The translations under genes were made by a program, and so were the position numbers. The notes beneath the pieces were generated by a model. That model made no database searches, was not told the DNA's origin, and saw only the letters and a program-made list of their open reading frames with translations. A stretch of DNA of 64,000 nucleotides from a virus (lineage: Duplodnaviria; Caudoviricetes): the IMG/VR virus record IMGVR_UViG_3300029967_000162, positions 70,148 to 134,147 of that record; one strand, written 5' to 3'. Below are positions 20,415 to 32,372 of this stretch, piece after piece (position 1 is the stretch's first letter; each line of letters starts with the position of its first letter).

Positions 20415-21764
20415 ATGCCTACAAAAGTCATAGACAAGAAGCTATTTGAAGAGCGCAATATTGACAACAACTTCCCAAGAGAGGTGATACTCGGCCTCTT
20501 GAGGATCCTCAACCAGCAGATATCATATGAGCAGATTTGGGAAGACACTTCTGTTGGCAGAGAGAGGATCAATGTGCCATTCTTGTTTGACTTTGGTGAG
20601 GCATACAACTCCGAGAAGTTCATCCAAGACAACTACATCTTCTTTGGAAGCGACTGCACTACTGCTGGGCTCACCAAGATGCCTGGCAACTTTGACTTCT
20701 ACCCTAGAGGAGTAGTGTCCCTCAAGTCGATTGCCATAGACTCTGGATCTATCACAAACAGGTATGTCATGGGCAGGTTCCAAAAGAAGATAGGGCCTCA
20801 GGTCAAGTCATATGTCTCTTGGCTCTACTCTCTGCCACTCAACATGTCATTCAGCCTTGAAGTTCGTGCAGACACTTTCAACACAGCACTCAAGATAGAC
20901 TCTGCATTCAGAGAGTTCTTCTACAAGAACAAGACATACTACATCAACTACCATGGGTCTAGAGTGCCATGCCGATGTGGCTTTGCAGAGCAGCTTGCAC
21001 TTGACAAAGGCTCAACATACACAATGGGCACTTATGACTCTGACAGATACTTCAAGCTCACTATGGACTTGAGTGTAGAGACATACCAGCCAGTGTATGA
21101 CCCGACTGCAGAGATGCCAGCTGATGCATCTGCAAGATGGGGCCTCTCTCTGAACGTCAATCCAGGCACTCAGCATGAGAAGAAGATCTGGTTCACAAAT
21201 GACTTGACAAACACCCTCATCACAGCTGGTGAAGACACAGTGATAGAGTGAGACTGAGACTTCAACCGGTCAGACATGCTCCATGTGCAGCTCTCTTACA
21301 TAGATGCTTCATCTGGTGATGAAGTAGAGATCGCTGCAGTGCAGAACCACAACTTCTATGACTGGGCAGTGCCTGAAGAGCTCTCAGCAATGGAGAAGCT
21401 AGAAGTGGTCGTGCCAAACACAGATGAGCTCAGCGTCTATGAGCAACCTCAGCTCAGGATTGTCCCAGACTTGTCCACGATGGTCGTGAGGCCATCAGAT
21501 GTAGTTGTGCTCAACAAAGGATACTTTGTCACAAAGCAGAGCAAAGTCGATGGTTGGATTGACTACACTAGAGACAAAGATGGAGGATTAGAAGAGATTC
21601 CGGTCAAGTTGAACTTGGCAAATGGGCAGATTGACTTGAGCAATCCAATAGAGTTTGAGCCATTTGTGTACTTGAACAAAGTCAAGAAGAAAGAGATCAC
21701 AGTCAAGCTTGTCGATGTCACGAATGGAAAGGAATACACGATGAGCCCTGTCTATGTCGTGTAG
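20415..21764 (+). CDS. tail completion / sheath stabilizer (gp15-like) protein with a C-terminal extension; 2 TGA
   Basis: INVPFLF, YPRG, LPLNMSFSLEV; joins the 21276 ORF via E-W-D-W. Confidence 0.6.
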
Positions 21765-21864
21765 ACTTAGAAACTTCGAAAAAAATTTTCGGGAGGGCCT
21801 GTCAGTCTCTAGAAGAAAAGAAGAGTCTTCCAGTCAGTCTCTCTCATACTCTCTCTGCTAAGCC

Positions 21865-22090
21865 TACTAGATCTGTCTAGTTTAGTTAAAGTTTTAACTA
21901 GATCTAGTTAAAACTTTAGCTAAAGTTAAAGTCTTAACTAGATCTAGTCTAGTTAAGACTTTAACTAGATCCTTCACCGACCTTGTCCCAGACAAGAATT
22001 GTATCGACTTCAGGGCGGAATGTCTACAAAATTTTGTTAAAGTTTTGTTAAAGTTTTGTTAAATTTTTGTTTCAATTTTGTTACAAAATT
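21865..22090. repeat. AT-rich palindrome and direct-repeat cluster (origin-like)
   Basis: Two long near-perfect inverted repeats built from ttaactagatctag units, then about 4-5 ttttgttaaag-like direct repeats. Confidence 0.7.
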
Positions 22091-22172
22091 ATTTCAAAGA
22101 TATTCAGCACTTCTAATCCAACTTAAACCTTCAAGCTCTTTCATGAAATGCCCTAGGAATGCGACATTTAGT

Positions 22173-22244
22173 CCAAGTGGGCGGCTAAGCACAAGGATGA
22201 TTAACTAATCAAAAGTTTGATTTTGATGGTTTGCCGCTTCCTGG
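22173..22244 (+). repeat. intergenic structured repeat, copy 1 (copy 2 at 45576..45652)
   Basis: Shared agtgggcggctaaRcacaaggatgattaactaatcaaaagtt...ggtttgcc. Confidence 0.8.
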
Positions 22245-22311
22245 CACAAACTTCTATTTGGACAACTTCATCTTTTTGTGATACAAATCTAGATTTGAAA
22301 GCAAAGACAAG

Positions 22312-23223
22312 ATGAAAAGAGAGAAAGAGACCTATAGCCCAGATGAGAAGCTCTTTGGATACACAATCCAAGATGTCATAGACATATGCTGGGGTGCACC
22401 ATTCCCTGGATCTAAGGCATGGGTGCCAGAGCATCCTATCTGGGACTGCTGGGTGCCAGGCATGCCAAGCCCAAAGCAAGCATGGGCAGACTATGCCTTG
22501 ATAGAGCGGGCTGTGAAGAACATGTTCTGGATATTGTGGAAAGACATGGGGAATGGCCATGAGCCGGACTTTGTAGCTAGGCACAGAGAGGCATTCAATG
22601 CTGCACAGAATGGAGAGACTGAGACGTTGAAGCGGCTTGTGCTTGTGAGGTTCACTGTTGGCAAGTTTGCACCTAAGGTGACTGCCATCCGCCCATCTGA
22701 GGTGCTGAAAGCTGTGAAGCAGAGTGGGCTTGACTTGTCTTCTGGCGTGTACTGCCCGATGGCGGGGTTTGGTGGCATCATAGAAGCAGGGAAGAAGTGG
22801 CTTGCTGCACACAACATAGACTGGCATGGCAAGATAGAGGCATATGACATAAACCCACGGTTTGTAGAGTGGTATCATTATGATGGGGTGAGAGACATGC
22901 TTGCACAAGTGGTAGAGACTGACAAGACTGTGGTGGTGTGCCCTCCATTTGGAAAGACTTATGAGCATTGGGATGGGACTCCTGATGAGATGGCAGACAT
23001 ATCATTCTTGGATTGGTACAGGCTCATCCATGAGCATGTGAAAGCTCCAGGATATGTCATCATTGGGCCAGAGCTGAGAGTGAACTCAAAGACGGTGTCT
23101 GTGAATGGAGTAGAGTTCAATGGCTTGTTCAAGCGCAAAGCCGGTGTGCAGTACTGGAGTGAAGAGCTGTACCAAGGAGCGTTGGCTGGGACTGTAGAGC
23201 CAGAGAACAAAGCATTCAGATAA
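22312..23223 (+). CDS. SAM-dependent (DNA amino-)methyltransferase-like protein
   Basis: YCPMAGFGG (motif I-like), YDIN, CPPF (motif IV-like). Confidence 0.55.
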   Translation: MKREKETYSPDEKLFGYTIQDVIDICWGAPFPGSKAWVPEHPIWDCWVPGMPSPKQAWADYALIERAVKNMFWILWKDMGNGHEPDFVARHREAFNAAQNGETETLKRLVLVRFTVGKFAPKVTAIRPSEVLKAVKQSGLDLSSGVYCPMAGFGGIIEAGKKWLAAHNIDWHGKIEAYDINPRFVEWYHYDGVRDMLAQVVETDKTVVVCPPFGKTYEHWDGTPDEMADISFLDWYRLIHEHVKAPGYVIIGPELRVNSKTVSVNGVEFNGLFKRKAGVQYWSEELYQGALAGTVEPENKAFR

Positions 23224-23329
23224 GAAGGCATCTATCAACTTCATGATATTGAGAGACACTCTTTGTAGGGTGTCTCTCTTTGGATTTGCCAGGAGCTCAC
23301 AGATTGATAAATACCTAAATTGGTAAAAT

Positions 23330-23599
23330 ATGCAACTTAGTATGCCAAAGATCCATAGCATGAACCATCTTGATGAGCTAGAGCGGCACTGCCATGACTA
23401 CTACCCAAACCTTGGATATGACTATGAGAAGAATGGCATACTCAAGAATGTCGTGTCACAAGAGCTGTTTGGCAACCCACTCAATGACTCTGCAATGCAC
23501 CAGATTGAGCGGCTTGTCACATTCTTGGTGAACCAAGTCAAGAGGATAAAGCTGCAGTTCACATTTGCTCTTGACAAAGACTCAAAGCTGCTCAACTAG
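23330..23599 (+). CDS. hypothetical protein, probably structural
   Basis: Follows a GATAAAT motif and precedes the giant structural gene. Confidence 0.6.
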   Translation: MQLSMPKIHSMNHLDELERHCHDYYPNLGYDYEKNGILKNVVSQELFGNPLNDSAMHQIERLVTFLVNQVKRIKLQFTFALDKDSKLLN

Positions 23600-23606
23600 T
23601 TCAGAG

Positions 23607-26600
23607 ATGGAGATCAACAACACATTCATAGACTCATCTGTGCTGTTTGCAGACTACTCAAAGCTGAGGTTCTTCAATGACTTTGGCTATGAGGTGTATG
23701 TGCAGACAGTGTATGACTTGACTTGGAGCATAACCACAAAAGCAAGGCACCCGTTCAACATATCTTCACTTCCATCTGGATACATCATCAGCGACATAAG
23801 CTGCACCAACTATGAGATGTTCTCTGGCATGATAGACATGGGAGCTCTCACTGTGAAAGTCGCGACATTCCCCGGAAGCATATCAGTCTCTGATGTGGCA
23901 AAGTACATAGACACAGATGCATCAGTCGGCTCTACATATGAAGATACAGATGATGCAGGCAGGCTTGCAATCAGAGAGGCATATGTCACGAAGTACTTCA
24001 ACCGTGCAATCAGCAAGCTTGAGGTGTCATACACTGGTGAGCATGCAAAAGCTAGGACATACAAGCTAGACATCTGGCCATATGTGAAGGGCCACCTCAC
24101 TCTCAGGATGAAGGAGAAGTCATTCAACACAGAGAGTTTCAATGACCCATCTGCAGGCTATACAGTGCCAGACTGGCAAGAGTACACATTCTCACATGCA
24201 GAGTGTGACAGCTCATTCTATGAGACCCTCAACGCTGTGCTTGGCTCATTCCTCTATGGGAATGTCGACAGCAGTGTGCTTGACACTTCATTTGGTACAC
24301 CAGTCGTGAAGCTAGAGAGAGCTGCTAGCTTGTGGCCATACTTCTCATTGAATGGTGTCTTCAACCAAGAGAAAGTGTCTGCTGGCCTTGTGGCCGCCAA
24401 CACAATCTATGCGCTCTATGATGACTTCGGCTCTGCCCCAGACTGAGGCAAGCATAGCTTCAGCACACCATGGACAGAGTCAGGCTGCTCACTCATGCTT
24501 GGCACGACAGAAGACCATGAGCTCAGGTATGTGTCGAATGCACATGACGTAGATGCTGTGACATGGTCAGACACCTACATGATAGGGCTCAGTGAGAGAG
24601 TCGACAACTCTGATGACCCTGACAAGGAAGACAAGCCGATCTCATTCTCTATAGGCGTCCTTGCTGATGAGGAGGGAGTGTACCAGAACCACATAGTGCT
24701 GTATGTAGTTGGGCCGACTGATGACCTCTACATCATCGGCACGATAGCTGTCAACACAGAGGTGGTAGGAGAAGATGAGCGCTACAGGACGGTGTTCACC
24801 AACTTCGGGGTGCCAGACCCAGTCACATATCCATTCCTCTTCAAGGAGCATGACCCAGACCAAGAGTCAGTAGACTGACAACTTGTGAATGAGAAGAGCA
24901 AGCAGCTCTTCTTGAGCTATGACCAGATCTTCCCATATGCTGGCACTTACAAGGCACTGATGAACGCTGTAGAGTGGCTTGGCTACACTGACATCTACTT
25001 CAAGGAATGGTACAAGGTCATAGACCCAGACAAGAGCTCTAGAGTCGTGCTTTGGCAGTCAGTCGACCTAGAGAACAAGAAGACCATAGAGAGCAAGCTC
25101 AAGAGGGTGAACGTGAGCATTGATGACTTCATCAACTACAAGAAGCTCAACAAGCTCTCAATGATATACCTCATCAACTCTGAGAGTGAAGGCTATGACA
25201 CACAGCCGACTTACACCTATGACAGCTGTGAGTATGTAGGGAAAGGTCCGACCAAGGTGTTTGACATACCTTACACAGACCCTAACTATGACTACAACTC
25301 AGATGCTCTGCTTGCCAAGCTCTGGTCACTGAAGAGGTGGCTTGAAAAGCACATCCTTGGCGTGAGCTGCCACATAGTCGACGTGACTGGTGAGGGTGTC
25401 TACTTCTACAGAGACAAGAGCGTAGCATACCAGACTGGAGACTACTTGCTTGACTACAGCAAAGCTGCTCCACTCACACCATTCAATGCACGAGTGTCAG
25501 TGTCTGACAACCAGATGGTAGAGAGCTCTGCGCTTGTCAGGTGCTCAATGCACGAGTTTGAGGAGCTCAGGTTCAGAGACTACAAGGAGAATGCAATATC
25601 AGAGTTCAATGACAAGATCTATGACTCTTCCAATGCAGTGACTTGGACAGACCCAGACACCCTTGCCAAGTATGATGCATCTACATATGCCATGAGTGTG
25701 CTCAGTGAGGATGGCAACTACGACTTCAAGAAGCTCGATGAGGCAATAGATGCATCAGTGATGGTGAGCAACCCACTTGCTGCTCCAGTCTTGATGCAAG
25801 AGTTCTCCTACAACTTGGAGCTCGACACATCATGCGGCACTCTCTATGAGGCTGCATCTCCAGAAGACAAGGCAGATGCAAATGTGATCCTCATCAAGGA
25901 CAATGAGATCACTTTCTATGACAACAAGAGCATAGAGAGCTGCATAGACCAGAAGATGCTGCCAATCATCACTCTCAAGAAGGCAAACATCAGGAAGCCT
26001 TATGGTGACTGGACCTCTAACATACTCTACACCATAAAGCCGGTGCTCAAGGCTGATGGCGACACGGTGTACCAGCTCAGGATGGTAGACTATGGAAGCA
26101 TGCAGACACAGTACATCTCTACTAATGAGGTGATAGTGCTGAAGCCAAGGTATGCCCTTGACTCTTCAATGAGCTTAGTGCCAACCTCAGGGCTGAAGTA
26201 CACAGGCAAGACGAAGTACAATGTGCCGCTCTTCATCATGAGCAACTATATGATCGACTACCCAGTAGCTGAGGAGTACAAAGGCATGTTTGACTTGTCT
26301 AAGGACTATGTGCTTGAGGTGCTTGATGGAGAGCTGAGGTTCGACAATGTCGCTGTGCTTGACAATGCGGTTGACACATCTGCTGCACATGACACGAACA
26401 CATACATGTCGATGGAGCTTGACTTCAGTGTTGAGGATGCTGTAGCTTACAACATAGAGAATGAAGTCGACTATGATGCTGATGAGCAGTTCATCCAGCC
26501 GACATATAACTTCAAGACTGGCAGGATTCCATTCTATGAGTGGAGGATAGAGAGCTCGACTTGGAAGCAGGACATTGCAGATGCAATCAATGAGGAGAAG

Positions 26601-28820
26601 GCGAAGCTCCGTGACCCAAGCTACCTCTATGATGAGATTGCATGGGTAGAAGATGGGGCGCCATCTGGCCCTAAGGTAGCAAAGTTCTGGTACAAGAAGC
26701 TTGCAGAGAATGTGCTCAGGTACAAGCTCTGGCAGTGGAGGCACTACCCAGATTGGCTAGTCGACTCATCGACGTACAACTCATCGCTCCATGAGTTCAT
26801 GGAAGACCTGCTTGGTGAAGACCCATCTTCTTATCTCGAGAGCGGAGGTCCACTCTATGAGCTGAATGACAACATGTACAGCATGATCTTCCAAGCAGTC
26901 GATGGATCGCTCTCACCAACTTCATATGTGCAAGATCATGACTTGGTGAAGTGGATACTCAATGAGAGGGTCCCAGCTGATGTCTCACAGTGGATAGAAG
27001 ACAACTACAATGTGTACTGTAGCAGCTTGTATGCATGGACTGAAGAGAAGCTCCGTGAAGGCATCTACTCTGTGAACAAGTATGTAGATGTGAAAGTCAA
27101 CAGGCTTGGTGATTACTCTCTGAATGCAATTGGCTATGACCACCACAACAACTTGTTCTACAACAAAGCTAACTCTTCTGTGAATGTGTGAGGCATTCCA
27201 CCTTCTGTCGAGCTCTACACAAACAGCCTCTACTCTGGCAATGCATCGACATGGTACCGGTGGAACATGTATGGCGACTTGCTTGGCTGGATAGATGCAA
27301 GTGAAGGAGCCATGCTTGACACCTCTACTCTTGTGGGCATGGCAGAAGATGAACCAGTATATCCACGCAGGTGGAGAATCTATGACTTGTCGATAGGCAG
27401 GAAGAACATCTCATATGATGCTGTGTCATATGCAATAGACACACCAAAGAAGTATGACACATTCAACTTGGAGAACTTGACAGAAGTCTGCACAGAGATT
27501 GCAGTTGAGAGTGACAGCAGCTTGGCAGACACAAGCATGCTTGACTCAAGTGCGCAAGAGGTCATCATGCTGAGGATGCTTGATGAGAATGAAGACTCTC
27601 AAGAGCTCTACTATCCAGGTGCCAAGCTGAAGATCTATGTCTATGATGAAGAGCGGTTTAGGATGTTTGCTTCATATGGGCCATATGTCGTGCTTGACTG
27701 CTCTAAGGCTGGTGAGCTCACAGACCAGAACTACTATGATGACTCTTGGATCAAGCTGAGCACTGTAGGTGTAGAAGACAAGATAGACTCTTCTGTGATG
27801 GTTGGCATGGAGTCTGGGCAGTACAAGTGCTTTGTTGGGAATGTGACAGAGCACAATATTGTGGATGCAGTGACAGACCCATCTGGGAACACGCAGCTCT
27901 CAATCAATGTGCTGAACTCTTCTAACCCTCGCACCATGAGGTATCATGCAGGAGATGTCATCAAGGCAAAGTACTTGCAGTATGATGTAGACTACCCACA
28001 ATACCAGATCAACACCAACTTGTATGTAGGAGAGACTTGCTATAGGATCCTTGATACATCAATAGTTGGTGATGACATAAGCACACTCCAGAAGTACACT
28101 CTTGATGGCTCACTCTGCAAGTCACTCATAGACAACATACACAACAACAAGAGCACCCCAGACAATGAGATGTTCTGCAAGATTAGCTACCCACAGTATG
28201 AGTATGTCAACTATGCAGTCAGGGTGAATGGTGATGCAGATGAAGAGTCTGTGACTAGGCTCTTGACAGATGCTGACGTGTCTGTGAAGGTTGACCGCCT
28301 GTTTGCATCCAAGCTCTCAGTAGAGAACTTCTACAATGACACTCTTGAGAACAGGACTACATTTGCATATGACTCTTCCAAGTGGTTTGCAAATGACTAC
28401 TTAGACAACACATACAGCGGGTGATGCACCGACTATGACTTCAGAGACCTCTGGAGAGACTGGATCCAGGCAGGCAAGTGGTACTCAGAAGACACTGAGA
28501 CATACCAATACCAAGACTTCCCAGTGACACTTAGCATGGGCAAGTCAGTGCTTGTAGGCTCATATGACACATCTGCGACGTTCATCTCTTATCGGCCAGA
28601 GTGGAAGTGGGAAGTAGAGTGGGCAGATACTGAGACATACCTTGAAGACAACCAGCTTGACAGGATGCTTGGGAAGCCAGTGCTCTACCGGTCAATGAAC
28701 AACATGATGAGCGTGCTCACTTCTGTAGAGGGCCCGAACTGGATCACCCTTGAAGCGATAGACCCACTTGGCAACAGGCTCTTCAACACAAGGTCTGGCA
28801 TCTATGTCAGCTCTGACTAG
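23607..28820 (+). CDS. giant baseplate/tail structural protein (1737 aa); 4 TGA
   Basis: Five ORF pieces in one frame across TGA at 24444, 24876, 27189 and 28422; GTYKALMNAVEWLGY resembles baseplate-wedge motifs. Confidence 0.75.
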
Positions 28821-28851
28821 ACATGATGCTCTCCAGCACAATACAAAAGAC

Positions 28852-29157
28852 ATGGACAAGCAACTTGATGAATGGATTGCAGCACTAGGCCAGATGCCAG
28901 AGCGAGAGCGGCGGCGGGAGATAGCAAAGTGCATTGCAAATGCAGATGAGTTTGATGAGAAGTCTAGAGCAGTCTGGAGAGACACAGTAGACTATGTTGA
29001 GAAGCTCATAGACCAAGACAAGCCATTTGACACTGACCTCTACAAAGCATACATTGACTTGAGAGGGCATGACAAGCTAGATGGACAGCAGATGGGAATC
29101 ATCATGACATTGCTTGCCATGTGTGGATATAACATGCAAGAGATAGATCAAAAGTAG
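28852..29157 (+). CDS. hypothetical protein
   Basis: ATG start MDKQLDEW, operon context. Confidence 0.6.
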   Translation: MDKQLDEWIAALGQMPERERRREIAKCIANADEFDEKSRAVWRDTVDYVEKLIDQDKPFDTDLYKAYIDLRGHDKLDGQQMGIIMTLLAMCGYNMQEIDQK

Positions 29158-30081
29158 ATGACAAAGCAAGAGATTAGGAAGAAGTTCAAGGAGATGAATG
29201 TTGTGTTTGTGTCAAACACAAACTGCATGATGCCTTCACTCTTGAGCTACTCATTGAGGACTTACATAGATCTCGCTGATGGGAACTTTGTGCTCTATCC
29301 CGCTAACATGGGAAATGGAAGGCTTTATGGGTTCAGTATGTTCTACAACATGATCTATGGGCTTGTGCAACACTATGACTACGCTATCTACTTTGATGAT
29401 GATGCTTTCTTGGTGCCAGGTGCTGAAGAGGCATTCTTCCACATGTTTGAGAAGTTTGTAGAGAGTGGATCACTCATTGCTGGCACTCCAGATGGAGGTG
29501 TGGTTTGCCATCGTAACCACAATCCATTCATGGTGAACACTTTTGTCTCTTTCTGGAACTTCAAGGAGATGAGAGTACATGCTATCACACCAGAGTTGCT
29601 CACAGCTAAAGACTCTTGGAGCAGCATCAACAGCATGACCTTTCATGAGTATGATGGGCATGCATCATACAAGTCGATGCTTGCAATGAAAGACATGCAT
29701 GAGGCTGCCATTGCTGACTCTGCAAAGAAGCGTGAAGGCATAGAAGTGCCTTATGCAGCTATAGTGAGGAATGATCCAAGCAACTTAGTTGACCCGCATC
29801 AAGAGCCATGGTCAACTAAGCTTGATGACTTTGAACCATACTACAAGCTGATAGAGTGGCTGCTCTTGAAGTGTGATGGCACTATCTGGTACTTCAATGC
29901 AAGAGATAAAGTGTCTGGGCTTGAAAGCTCTGGATTGAGCTCTGAGATCTATGTGAATGACAATGATGGCAATGCAGCTCCAGTCATCTGGCACTCATGG
30001 TTCTCTCGTCAGTGGATGAACCCAAGTTCTCCTCACCATGAGAGGATTGCAAAGCTCTTGCAAGATCTTGGACTTTCTTAG
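29158..30081 (+). CDS. putative glycosyltransferase-like (DxD) protein
   Basis: AIYFDDDAF, GTPDGG, NTFVSFWN, WHSWFSR; paralog of 226..1326. Confidence 0.55.
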   Translation: MTKQEIRKKFKEMNVVFVSNTNCMMPSLLSYSLRTYIDLADGNFVLYPANMGNGRLYGFSMFYNMIYGLVQHYDYAIYFDDDAFLVPGAEEAFFHMFEKFVESGSLIAGTPDGGVVCHRNHNPFMVNTFVSFWNFKEMRVHAITPELLTAKDSWSSINSMTFHEYDGHASYKSMLAMKDMHEAAIADSAKKREGIEVPYAAIVRNDPSNLVDPHQEPWSTKLDDFEPYYKLIEWLLLKCDGTIWYFNARDKVSGLESSGLSSEIYVNDNDGNAAPVIWHSWFSRQWMNPSSPHHERIAKLLQDLGLS

Positions 30082-30141
30082 AAATCTAGTTTATGATACT
30101 AGATAAGTTATAATTGTTTCACTCTTTAAAACATCTTTTAG

Positions 30142-30987
30142 ATGCAACTAAAATTCAAGAGCTCTGGAAGCAATGCTGAGTTTGCTGCATGAGCTAAGCA
30201 ATTCAAAGAAATCTCTGAATGTCTGCTCATAGAAGCGGATGTAGATCAGAAGAAGTTTGTAGCAAAGTCTTTCACTCAGGACAAAGCATTGGTGAAGTAC
30301 TCCGAGATTACTTTTGAAGATGCTGGCTACACTCTCGACAATGTGAAGCTTGACAAAGGAATTGACCTCACTGGGTCTCGTGTGAAGATTGGTGTGTTCA
30401 TGATCCTCAGCAAGTTCATCGATGTCATAAAGACTTTCAGTGGTGCAGAGCACACAATGACTGTCATGTTTGACAAGAATGTTGAGAAAGACCCAGTTGA
30501 GTATCATTCACAGAGCATTGTGTTCCAGTCTAAGACACTCTCAATCAAGGTTTCTACAGCGAACATATCTGAGTTTGATGAAGTCACTGATGACATGTTC
30601 TTCAACAAAGTGTTTGTTGCTGCTGACCCATTCACTGTCAATGTGACGCCTGATGTGATGAAGAATCTCCTCTCTGTGTCTTCACTCTTGAGCACCTCAC
30701 CAATGCAAGACATCATGGCTGTCTATCTCAAGGAAGAGAAAGGCAAGAAGATGTGCTATGTCAAGGATGATGCTGATGGGACTTATGACTACTGCATAGG
30801 AGAAGCCATTGGAGATGGTGACGCAAAGGACGTGCTGTTGAAGATATTCAGGTACAAGTTTGCTTCTGCGCTCAATGGAGTTTCAACTGATGCCGTGATG
30901 TCATTCTCATCGACTAACCCGAACAGGCTGCTCATCGTGAGCAATGATGGAGACACTAAGACTGTGATATCTGCTGTACGTTATTAA
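30142..30987 (+). CDS. possible sliding clamp / processivity factor-like protein; 1 TGA
   Basis: MQLKFKS...FAA(W)AKQF extends ORF 30289; size and alpha/beta pattern are clamp-like (inference). Confidence 0.4.
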
Positions 30988-30999
30988 CAAATCAAAGCT

Positions 31000-32058
31000 A
31001 TGTTGAACCAAAGCATAAGTCCAGAGGCATTTGATTGGTCTCTGTATGAGAACTGGGATGGATGCTCTCTTCGTGAGAACAAGAGCGTGAAGAAGCATGA
31101 TGATGACCTTGGCACTGTTGTGTATTGCCATGAGCCATATGCACAAGAGGCATATGAAGCATACTATGCACATGACCATGGCAAGCCGAGCCCAGTAGTA
31201 GACATCAAGGCAGACACTCTCTATGGTGTTGAGAATGTGAAGGTAGGTGCAAATGGCACTGTCATTGTGACACTCACTGGTGGAGCAGTCGATGTTGAGG
31301 TTGACCTCAACAAGGAAGGAAGGTACTTTGATCTCTTCTACCAGATGTATGGTGTGAAGTACGACAAGGAGTCATTCATGGCAATGGCTCGTGATGACTA
31401 CCAGAAGCAGGAGTTCCTTGGAACAGGAGTCAATGTAGTGATGAATGCAACAAAGACGAAAGCTTCTCTCTGGGATGGCTATGTGAGAGCCTTCAGGAAT
31501 GAGCTCTTTGCACAGACTAAGCTGCAGAACATGGCATATGTCGCTCATGTCAACTCAACTAACAATGGCGGATACTTCGTCACTGTGAATGGATGTGTGG
31601 ATGCATTCATGCCTGGCTCTATGGCAGCATCTAACCGAGTGATGGACTTTGAGTCTCTCCTTGGGAAGGACCTCCTTGTAGTCGCTGTCAACTATGACAC
31701 TAGGTATGGCTTTGTTGTGAGCCACAAGAAGTACCTCCAGACTATCATGCCAACTCGCCTTGCAGAGTTCAAGGAAGACTATGAGAAGGATCCCGACAAG
31801 TGGATAGAAGGCACCGTGACCGGCACAACCAAGTTTGGTGTGTTTGTTGAGCTTGATGAGGTGCTCACTGGCATGATCCACTACTCTCTCTACAGCAAGG
31901 AGCTGAAGAAGAAGGTTGATGCTCATGAGATCAATGCAGGTGACAAGATCCAGGTGCGAGTAGAGAGGTTCGAAGGCAACAGGATCATCCTCACTGACAT
32001 GGAGCCAAAAGTCGACCTCAACAAGGTTGTTGAGAAGCTCAACACAAAGGAGGTGTAG
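31000..32058 (+). CDS. ribosomal protein S1-like (two S1 domains) RNA-binding protein
   Basis: GGYFV...DAFMPGS...VVSHK; GTVTGTTKFGVFVEL...GMIH. Confidence 0.8.
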   Translation: MLNQSISPEAFDWSLYENWDGCSLRENKSVKKHDDDLGTVVYCHEPYAQEAYEAYYAHDHGKPSPVVDIKADTLYGVENVKVGANGTVIVTLTGGAVDVEVDLNKEGRYFDLFYQMYGVKYDKESFMAMARDDYQKQEFLGTGVNVVMNATKTKASLWDGYVRAFRNELFAQTKLQNMAYVAHVNSTNNGGYFVTVNGCVDAFMPGSMAASNRVMDFESLLGKDLLVVAVNYDTRYGFVVSHKKYLQTIMPTRLAEFKEDYEKDPDKWIEGTVTGTTKFGVFVELDEVLTGMIHYSLYSKELKKKVDAHEINAGDKIQVRVERFEGNRIILTDMEPKVDLNKVVEKLNTKEV

Positions 32059-32061
32059 GTG

Positions 32062-32340
32062 ATGGATGGAATGAGTGCTGCACAGATGCAGCTCAAAGTC
32101 AATCCATTTGAGCATCCAACTCTCAAGTGTGACAAGTGTGGGAATGAGCTCTTTGTGCCACAGGTTATGTTCAGACAAGTGCCTGGTATCCTGCTTGGAT
32201 CTGATGAGAAAGTCGTGAACATCCCAATGAAGGTCTATGCATGCTCTAGGTGTGGAGAGCTCTCTCCAGAAGACAAAGAGATCATAGCTAAAGAAGAGAA
32301 GCTTGCAAAGACAAAGAGCCAAAGCTCTCTTATTATTTAA
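32062..32340 (+). CDS. zinc-ribbon protein
   Basis: CDKC...CSRC. Confidence 0.65.
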   Translation: MDGMSAAQMQLKVNPFEHPTLKCDKCGNELFVPQVMFRQVPGILLGSDEKVVNIPMKVYACSRCGELSPEDKEIIAKEEKLAKTKSQSSLII

Positions 32341-32372
32341 GATTATTGTTTTATTTTTAAAGTGTTACAAAG

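Noticed and set aside
21865-22090. CRISPR array
   Set aside because: The repeats are palindromic or directly tandem with no unique spacers, and no cas genes are present.
28852-32340. General TAG read-through (TAG followed by in-frame starts at 29158 and 32059)
   Set aside because: The downstream ORFs have their own start codons and unrelated domains, and many genes end cleanly in TAG.
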